DNA of 64,000 nt from Marsupella aquatica (Eukaryota; Plantae; Marchantiophyta): contig OZ316894.1 in assembly GCA_973895155.1 (NCBI GenBank), positions 14,025,580 to 14,089,579 on the forward strand. Direction: 5' to 3'. Positions within the stretch are counted from its first letter, which is position 1; the number at the start of each line of letters is the position of its first letter. A program made the translations under genes and the position numbers. Positions 10,986 through 19,666 of the stretch are shown in pieces. The notes under the pieces are model-generated. The model was not told the origin of the DNA and searched no databases. It saw only the letters and a program-made list of their open reading frames with translations.

Positions 10986-13900
10986 CACTAGTAGAAACCG
11001 GGGCAATTTAGACCATACCTTATAGGACTATGCCCACTAAGTCCTTTTTCCATACTTAAAACGACTCGCACCCATTGCACCGGTTTTGTTGAAGACTAGA
11101 AAAGACTATGAGAGTTTTATGGTTCACTAAAAGACTATGAGAAGTAACCTTGCTACTTTGTGAAGGGTGAATAGTCTAGCACATCATGGGTAATGTTCAC
11201 TCTATGTTGAGGAGGGGTAATTCTCCTTCATCTTTGAGCCGAAAGCACCGACGTCTATCGAGTGCCAAAGAACTGCTGGAGATCGAGCGAATTCACACTC
11301 TCAGATGTGGGTCGTGTCAAATTGTTTCCTCCATTGATGGCAGCCTTCTGTGAGATTGATTTATACTGTGTGGCTATCTGGGAGTTTTGTCGACTCATTT
11401 GACACCGATACTCCCGTGATTTCCTCATACATAGTGCCACTGCCCCCCCCGCATTGTGTTCAATCCCTATAGCTTATAGCTGCACCACTCTTGGTGGCCC
11501 TTGCTCATGCCTTGGTTTTTTTTTCTTTTTCCCATTACAGTATACACCCCCTTCTTACTAATCAGGTGGATTAATTTAGTACTAGACAATGCTTTGACAC
11601 TTTACACTTACACTATGCTGACCTACTGCGCCTTCTAGTGCTTATTCCCTAGTTGTTACTTGTTGCATGGACCACTAGAAGAACGGCTTCGCAATCTTTG
11701 CCTGATCTGATGACCCTGGTTGAGTAACTCTTTGTTATTGCCTCCTTTGGGTGTTGAGGTTTTATGATGCCATTTGGCCTACTGGTTCCCCCATCCGTGG
11801 GGTTCACGCGGAATAAATGTAAAATTTCAAACAAATAAATAAATCTATAAAGAGGGTGATAGCAAGGGGCATAACTCATTAAATGTCCTTATTTGTGACC
11901 AAAAAGGTTTTGGGTTTAATGAAGTGGGGTTCATGGAGGTTGGACCATGGAGGGATGGTCAAGATATTCTTGGCCATTACTAAATCCATCTATAAAAGGT
12001 CAAGATGCACAAAGGTAGATTTGTACCGGTCCTTTTTCATACATTAGAGCTAGGTCACATTCTTGCACCGGGAATATTGCATTTTAGGACCGGATATAAT
12101 GTTGGGCAACCTTAATCCTGATTACGTCGTGCAATAAAATGTCACTACCGACCATGTATGTGCAAATATGACCATTCATTGCCTAAGTTGGCCATGCAGT
12201 AACACTTTGTAGCTTTGTCCCACTTTGGGTGACACTCAACGGCTCACTCAAACGGTAAGGCTGAGTGGCTTCCCCTAATTCGGTTTCAGGCACTAAACTT
12301 CACTTTGGGAGTCTCTTTGGAGTTTTCGCCATTGTCATTGAACTTAGAACGTGAGGGGTGGAGTGTTCGGGGTTTTACGTAGGGTTTTCCTTTCAGTGTT
12401 GCCCACTTTTTGCGACCATTGCGGAGTGAACTTCCCGCGCGTTATGTGCTTGTTTATGCTCTCGAGGAGCAGTGTTCAGGCAGTTGCAGTGATCTAACCT
12501 TGCGCTTGCAGTCTACTCATAGACCTGCATTCCTGCTCGATCTCCTTTAGGGACATTTAGTTTTTGGCTGGTAGGGCGAAGAAGGTTGTGGCTGTTGCAA
12601 CGTTCGTGAGGAGCTTGTCGGAGTTTGAGGAGTCGGAGGTTGGGGTTTCTTCAAGGTTTTGGGTGACAATCTCGGTCACAGTTGTGGTATAGACCCTTTT
12701 GCTGCACCCATAACGAGCATCGGGAGGCCGTGAGGCTCATTGGGAGGTCCTTCAGTTGTCAAGCTGCCGTTGAGCTGGTGAAGTTGCATGCGGGTTGCAT
12801 CTATTCTGCGTACACAGTCAATGTGGGAATCCATATTTTCATAGTGCTTGTTCTTGCAAACTGGGAGCCGAGAGTTTGGAGTCGGGAGCTAAGAAGGGTA
12901 TTGTTAGGCTTCAATTACTCTGTGGTTTTCTCCAGCTCCATGGTACAGTTTCAATGTTAATGCTTTGTCCTTGTGCTGGTCTAGGTAGCGCGAGCTTCTA
13001 CCTATTGCGCCCTCTTGCTGTAAGCGTATTGAGCTGCCAACTGAGTGATTCATACCTATAGCTGCTTACGCGTGATCAAGAGATTGAACAAATGCCTAGT
13101 GCTGTCCAGCAGGAGAAAACTCTTTTTGGTCACGATCGGGTGTTGGAATATAACTAAGTGCGGCAGAGCAACACGGGGAGCTGTAGAGTTGCAGACAAGA
13201 TGCAACTACAGAGGAGGCATTGGGAAGGACACAACGGTGTGGTGAAGGTACAAGGACCGTGGACCCTAACTTGTTTGCTGCCTTGGGAGGATCCGGAGAG
13301 CCCGAGGCGACATGCTTCATTGAGCCTGAGCTAGCTGAATCCAATCCAGGAGTTGTTGCGCTAAGGTGAGACTTTGAGTTTAGGGTTGCTTCAGTGTCCG
13401 AGTAGGTTTTCTCTTTGCGTCGGCAGCTAGAAGGTAAGCTCGGGGGCTTTACAAAGGGTTAGTGTTGCGGACTTTCCCTCCTGGACGTTGTGTGTCTTCA
13501 TTTGCAACTTGTTTGTGGACCTGTGATCCTGAGACTGTCAAAATTGTTGTGGCCGCACTGACAACTTGATGACGCGTTTTGTGGATGCACCGTTAGTAAT
13601 CGCGAGTACAGCTCTCCAACAATTGCACTTACCATTTTTGACCACCTTGCATGATGTCCATCCGTGGGCTGGACCCCAAGAAGTAGATTTCGGTAGATTT
13701 CGGTAGATTTTGTCTCTGCCCCCGGTCCTCATTTTGTGCAATGTCCGCCTGGCACTTGGTTCTTGATCCCTACATTATCGTCTGTCGCTCGGCTGCTTGC
13801 GGAAGGGATCAAACAGATTGGAGGTGCTTGGTCTTTTCATTTTGAGTGTCAGAGTTTAGGAGGACAGCTTGCACCATCGCCGACAAGAATGACCTGCTTG

Positions 13901-15381
13901 CAGAACAAGAGGGACGAGCGTGAGCTGCTTGCAGAATAGGAGATTGACCGCGAGCACAAGCTGCTTGAAAAATAGGAGACTGAGGGCAACCTGCTTCTTT
14001 GTTGCTACTCTGGTTGCGCTGCTACATTGGTTGTTGATCTTCACCCACCCACTTGCCTACTCAATTGACAGAGTACAGCTTTGTCTCTGCGTGTGTTATT
14101 GCTGTCTTTGTCCCTCCCCTTGACATTGTGGGCCTTAAAAGGTCAGTAAGTTGGCTTATGTAGTTTTTATGTCCCTCCGCTATGTCAATGCGTGTTTCAT
14201 TGCATCAGGGCATCAGTCGCTGTTTGCCTATAACCGGACTGTTCATTCTCTGTCCACTCATTTGATGTAATTCTTCCCATTGCCGCCCAATGCTATGGCG
14301 CCCATGCTACAATTTGTGGTTTTTGTCTAAGCACAAATCCTCTCTGTGCCTGGTCTCTGTGTCCCGTCATTTGGATTGATTGTGTAGACGTTTCCTCTTC
14401 TCCCAGTCCTTGTCATCCACCAGCCAAAGCACATTGGATTGTTTTCAAAGGAGGGCTGTGTAGTTTGGAGGGTTTGATCTATGCAGCGGATTTGAGCAGA
14501 TTGGCGGTTGTTAGTTTCTTCTTGTAAAACCTGTCTGTCTTTTCTGCTTTTGGCCATGCTCCTTCACTTCTTGCTGCAAGCTCAATGTGCTTCAGCTATG
14601 GCAATATTCACTTACCCTATCCCAACGGCACTACCGTGAGCTGTAGGACAGCCAACAGAAGCAGATTGTATCGATTGCATGTAAGTCAGGGTATTTTATG
14701 TATTGCGGAACAACTGTCCAAGTTTGCTGCAATGGCCGGTCTTGCGCAGCTGAATGAGCCAATTTCATTTTCCCTGTGCACTTCTATTTCTCAAAGAATT
14801 CCCTGGTCATGCTCATTTCCCCCAGAGTTAGAAAACAAAGAAGAAGAGCTGACTAATTGTAATTCCAATCCATATCCTGATCGGTCAAGGATTGTTCACT
14901 ACATTGGCCTTGTCATTGGCCGAGGTCACCAAATTTTGCTTGGTTTCATTCCTGTGGAGCACTGCTGTGATGGATTTGTCGTAGCATTCTGCAAACTCTC
15001 ACGGTTTGCTTATGGCCATTATTTGCAATTTGCTGCTACTAATATGTCTTCTTCTGAGCAGCATACACCAGAAGTAAGCAATAGTGGAGGTTTAACTGCA
15101 CATCAACACATCTAGTGAACTACCTCTCTGCTGCTCACTGGAGGGTGAGACTTTCACTCTTTCTGGATATTGTAGTTTGTAAGCAAGTTGATTAGGAGTG
15201 TTTCATGCTATGTTTACACTGTGACCCCTAGCTGGAACCAATGGAATGACACAGTGAGTGGGAACTGATAATTTAAGGTTGGTTGCTGTTGGTGAGGCAA
15301 GTACAGCTCCTGCTCACCTTGCTGATCGAAGGTGCTTATCAGAGGACGTGAACACACGACATCTCCACAAAAGCAACACTT

Positions 15382-15831
15382 ATGGTGAGGACCCGCAACG
15401 CTGAACATGTGCGGCTTGCACGCAAGGCAGAGATGTTGCGCCTTGAGTATGTCAGACTTGGGATCCTTCCAGCCCAGTCTGCATGGTACTTTGAGTACCC
15501 AGTTGTTGCCAGGAACAACTACAGCCGGCCTGTACCTGCTTCTCCACCCTTCCCAACATCCTTGGTATTTCTGTCTCTCATACATGACCCACCACAAATT
15601 AGGGCCCAAGGGTGTGTGCACAGTTGCCAATATGACTGTCCTGCCTGTAGGGCTTCTGGCCTAGAGTTGGATGACCGTTCTCTTGGATGTCGGTTTTTTC
15701 ACAGAGCACGATGTATCATCTGGAACCACTCGCCATCCTGCAGTGTGCCTGGCGATGTCACTTGTCCTGCCCTCCCAGACCCCACCACCGGTCACTTTGG
15801 TGTCTACACATGTTTGGATCACACGCTCTAG
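15382..15831 (+). CDS. Orphan Cys/His/Pro-rich 149-aa protein (CACTA cargo ORF A)
   Basis: Intact ATG-TAG ORF of the same length in element 2 (52031-52480), 138/149 aa identical. Hand count gives about 12 synonymous and 13 non-synonymous changes. Motifs include CxHxCxxxCxxC. No family recognised. Confidence 0.6.
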   Translation: MVRTRNAEHVRLARKAEMLRLEYVRLGILPAQSAWYFEYPVVARNNYSRPVPASPPFPTSLVFLSLIHDPPQIRAQGCVHSCQYDCPACRASGLELDDRSLGCRFFHRARCIIWNHSPSCSVPGDVTCPALPDPTTGHFGVYTCLDHTL

Positions 15832-16500
15832 AGGACCACTTGTCACACCGCATGCACAAACCAGAGACCATTGACCTATAACTTAACACTTTGACTTGAA
15901 CAGAGAGGATATTTACTTAAGATTTTGAATTATGACCAATTTTGGGTCCAGGGTTTAGGGTCAACAGTACATAACTTATCCTATTATGGCTGCACTAAGT
16001 ACAATATCCTAATTTAAGAGGCTAGCAAGCTCACTTAAAAGTCTCCTTTCAAAGACTGGAATTAATGGGCCATGTGATAACCTGGAAAAAGTGATTTATG
16101 CCTAACTTATTTGTCTCATTCACTATCATAGCCTATTTAGGATGTATAAATTACAACCCTGATCACAGTGCTTGATACCAATCCTGTTCAAAAAATGCCT
16201 GTTTTACATGTCACGATTGTTATATGTGATTCAAATGCATTAAATCTTGTTGCAGATCTCCTTTGGTGAATCATAGCCACAAAATTGAGGTGTAGGTGGA
16301 GCTATTGTACGAGGGGATCAGTTTTTAGTGTGGGCTCAACAAACCAAAAAGTATGTCTACTCTGCACATGTGTGTGAACATTTCATTGCAGTAGCAATTG
16401 CCACTCTAGTCTATATGCTACATTGTACTTTTTGTACACTGCACTAAATTGTATTGTCCGTGCACTCTGCTAAATTGTACTATCTGTCTCATGCGTAGGC

Positions 16501-17181
16501 ATGGCACGCCCTAAAATCCGAGCCAAGAAGCGGGGGACAGAGGTGAGCAACACAGGTGTAGTTGGGCCAGATGGTAGTAACTTCTCCGCAAGTCAGATTT
16601 TCCAGAAGGCAGCTCATTGTTGTGCCATTTGTGACGATGGTGGTGGCTTAGCCATATGTGAGGGCCCTTGCATGAGGCATTTCCACCTCAACCCAGAGTC
16701 TGACCTTGCTGCAGAAAACAACTGTCCAGGGGTGGGCCTCCCGTCAGTACACCAGGGAGGCTGGATGTGCACTGATTGTTTGGAGAAGCAGGCTAAGTGT
16801 GCACAGTGTGGGAAGTTGGGGTCTTATGAGGGCTCTGTTGATGCTCCACCACTTGTTAGGAAATGCCCTGACAGATATTGTGTGAGGTTCTTTTGTTTTT
16901 CATGTTTGCCCGATCTTGCCACAGCTTGCCCACTTCATAAGTGCAAGGCATGTGGTCAGCACGATGAAGATTTCTGGGTGGACATAGTCCACTGTGTTAG
17001 GTGTCCCACCATGTGGCACTTTCATTGTTTGAAGGAGCGTCAAGCAGAAGGCTATGCTTGTGACAGACACATCTATCATCACTCTGCACATGGTGTTGAT
17101 CGATGGATCTTCTATTGTCATCGCCATGCCATAGATCCTACTTTGCACACTCCCATGAGAGATCACATTTCTTGGCTTTGA
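16501..17181 (+). CDS. Stand-alone EDM2-like composite PHD-finger protein (CACTA cargo ORF B)
   Basis: CAICDDGGGLAICEGPCMRHFH, CTDC...CAQCGKLGS, CPLHKC, CVRCPTMWHFHCL and IFYCHRHAIDPTLHTPMRDH follow the remembered EDM2 PHD region (CAICDNGGxILCCEGxCLRSFH...CPLHKC...CRRCPKSYHRKCL...LIYCxxHEIDxxLLTPVRDH) in order. Confidence 0.9.
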   Translation: MARPKIRAKKRGTEVSNTGVVGPDGSNFSASQIFQKAAHCCAICDDGGGLAICEGPCMRHFHLNPESDLAAENNCPGVGLPSVHQGGWMCTDCLEKQAKCAQCGKLGSYEGSVDAPPLVRKCPDRYCVRFFCFSCLPDLATACPLHKCKACGQHDEDFWVDIVHCVRCPTMWHFHCLKERQAEGYACDRHIYHHSAHGVDRWIFYCHRHAIDPTLHTPMRDHISWL

Positions 17182-17781
17182 ACCTGAATAATATACATGC
17201 ATAGTGCACCTGATGTGGATACCTTGGAGATTGCAGACATTCCAATTTTGAGAAGAAGGACCTCTGTAGGAGAGGATGCTTAGGCAACAAGTACCCTAAG
17301 TTCATTACTTGTTCCTGGGTACATGCCTTCAAAAACTGCCCTTAAAAGCCTTCTAGGAACTTTTTTAACTCTGCAATCATTTTGATCACGACTTACATGA
17401 CACTGCTTAAATTAAATCAGGACTTCTCATTATGAGCATATAAGTTACAAGGCTATTTAATTTGCGAGAATTCCCTTAAAGTGTACCAACATTTTGTATT
17501 CTCATTGAATGTCTGCCCATTTACAACATCTGTATGTGGCATCACAAAACAATTGCACTTGTCACCTTCAATATTGTGAAGGCACATATTCAAACTATGA
17601 GGTGCATGCTTGCAAGTGTCTAGTACGTTTGTCCCAATATTTCTCCCGTTTGGAATCGGAGCAGAGACTCACCAGACGACTGGACTGGACCAAGTTATAA
17701 ACGCAGCATTTTAAGGGCCCTCCGATTATCAGGTGAACGCATTATCTTCCGGTCTGCAGTGATTAGGTGGCCCGTGTGTAC

Positions 17782-18630
17782 ATGGCCTCTAGGAAACGTA
17801 CAAAGGTTGACCACCCGCCTCTGTTGGCTGGAATCAAAGCCATTTTGATTCCTGGCCACTATGGGTTCACCCAAGTGAGTTGGCCAATCGTACAAAAACG
17901 ATTCTCAGAGTTCCATGGGACTGAAGTCAAGGACATCACTCCACAGACTACACATGTTGTTGCGGGGACATGGCTGGATGTGATGAACAAGTGGTCATGG
18001 TCCTTCATTGATTCTGCCATTACCAACCAAGGTCTAAAAGTAGTTGAAGTCTCTTGGCTGACCGATTCTGTTAAACATAGGTGTGTACAGAGTACTGAGC
18101 AATATGAGTTGTGGGAGAGTGAGGAGGCCACTGCAGAGGCTTTGGCTGAAAAGGAAGCCTATGAAGCAGCGGCAGAGAAACCCAACTTTGCTTCTGTCCA
18201 ATATGGACCTGTTGTCAACATAGGACACCATCCTATGCGTGCAGATGCTATATTGAATGAGCATGGCAAGGAGAGAAATACCATTATGAAGGGGTTCAGT
18301 GTGGTATTTGCAGAAGAAGGAATTGGGGAGACTAAGTGCAGACTGTACAAGTCTATAGTTGTTGAGCTAGGTGGGACAGTGGAGGAGAGTCTAACAGAAA
18401 CCTCCACTCATGTTGTAGGTCTGTCATACATGAAAATATGCAGAAAATTCTTTAAGACAACAGTGCGTGATTTTGTCATGAACAACAATCTTTGGGTGCT
18501 TTCCCCTGATTGGCTTCTGGAATCAGCAGCTAGAGGGAAGCGACAAAATGCTTGGGACTTTGATATTTTTGAGGCCTGGCCCTCCAAGATTCAGCGGAGA
18601 TGTATGCTTAGCAAAGGTGGGAGAGAGTGA
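17782..18630 (+). CDS. Tandem two-BRCT-domain protein (CACTA cargo ORF C), DNA polymerase lambda-like BRCT
   Basis: Two repeats of (L/F)xG..hydrophobic..GG/HG...THVV...W(L)xDS/ES, e.g. MKGFSVVFAEEGIG...ELGGTVEESLTETSTHVV...PDWLLES. ATG at 17782 is followed by a basic NLS-like RKRTK. Confidence 0.88.
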   Translation: MASRKRTKVDHPPLLAGIKAILIPGHYGFTQVSWPIVQKRFSEFHGTEVKDITPQTTHVVAGTWLDVMNKWSWSFIDSAITNQGLKVVEVSWLTDSVKHRCVQSTEQYELWESEEATAEALAEKEAYEAAAEKPNFASVQYGPVVNIGHHPMRADAILNEHGKERNTIMKGFSVVFAEEGIGETKCRLYKSIVVELGGTVEESLTETSTHVVGLSYMKICRKFFKTTVRDFVMNNNLWVLSPDWLLESAARGKRQNAWDFDIFEAWPSKIQRRCMLSKGGRE

Positions 18631-18806
18631 GGAGTAGGAGTCCCTCATATTTTTGTATAAAACACAATTTTGTAATAAATGTGATCCTTGAACTAACTCA
18701 TCTTGTCATGGTTGGTCGTAGTTGAAGTGATTATTGTTTCCTGCTGCGTGGGGTGTGACTGTGAATCTACTTGCTGGGCTCTGTTTGGCTGAAGACTTTG
18801 GTGGGT

Positions 18807-19340
18807 ATGCTGCCTCTTCCAGACCGTCAGGCCCTATGTAGGGTCCTCCTATGGGTTGCATCGTGCATGGCTACTGCTTGGGCTTACTTGTGTGGATTGG
18901 TAACCAGACAGAGTGTAGCTCCATCCGAGATAATGCCTGCAGACCTTGGATGTGTTGTGAATGCTGTGGTGAATGAGGATGCACAGTCGGAAGAGGACAT
19001 TTACTTTTCAGTAGATGAGTTAGACAAGCACGATGCTGTAGGTGGTTCCTTGTTGCCTGATTTGGCAGATGATATAGTTCTTACACATGTCTGGCCGAGG
19101 GTTCTTGTGGTGTCTGGCGCACAAGATATCTGCAAATATAGACTAATTAGTACCCAGTGGAGGGACTTGGTAGCAACATGTGCACCATGGAGGGCACTGC
19201 TGCCACTGCTTGTAGGCACGGATCGAAGACCACCATGGCATGAGCAGGGTTTAGACCTTGATGACTTAATATACATGCCTGAGTACCTCAGGGCTGAGTG
19301 GCATCGACAACAGGATTGGTATCCGTATTTGATGTGGTAG
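18807..19340 (+). CDS. F-box-containing protein (CACTA cargo ORF D)
   Basis: LLPDLADDIVLTHVWPRV...DICKYRLISTQWRDLV fits the F-box consensus LPxLPxDI...L.R.xVCKxWRxL. First ATG is at 18807. Confidence 0.65.
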   Translation: MLPLPDRQALCRVLLWVASCMATAWAYLCGLVTRQSVAPSEIMPADLGCVVNAVVNEDAQSEEDIYFSVDELDKHDAVGGSLLPDLADDIVLTHVWPRVLVVSGAQDICKYRLISTQWRDLVATCAPWRALLPLLVGTDRRPPWHEQGLDLDDLIYMPEYLRAEWHRQQDWYPYLMW

Positions 19341-19666
19341 TAAGATGAGGACATCTCACACCGGTCTCGCACCTGGCACCTGTGTCTATGACTATACATG
19401 ATTGGACTCTGATATGGTCATGGATGTACGTGCAGAGGCAGTACATGTGAGGACAGCGGAGGAGTTGACACCCTCAAACATTTAGGAATTTTGTCTCATT
19501 CACTTGAGAATAGGTACATGACTCAGGCACCTATATTTTTTGTTTTTTTGTTTTTTTGGAACGTTACGTATTTTGGCAAGTACAGTCGGGGGTGAAATCC
19601 TTAACAGGAAGTGTATTTTTCACTTGCATAATAAAATGACAGGGTGCTGAGTGCGTGTGTATAGTG

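Noticed and set aside
11633-11684. TTCTAGTG and CACTAGAAGAAC inside element 1, resembling extra CACTA termini
   Set aside because: No partner TIR with a matching 3-bp TSD or subterminal repeat cluster was found. It could be chance or a very old relic.
13205-13245. GGIGKDTT resembling an NB-ARC P-loop (GGIGKTT)
   Set aside because: The motif is imperfect, it is followed by a stop, and no other NB-ARC motifs lie nearby.
14585-15115. 176-aa ORF upstream of cargo ORF A as a fifth cassette gene
   Set aside because: There is no recognisable motif and it is not conserved as an ORF in element 2; only its last 35 bp or so align.
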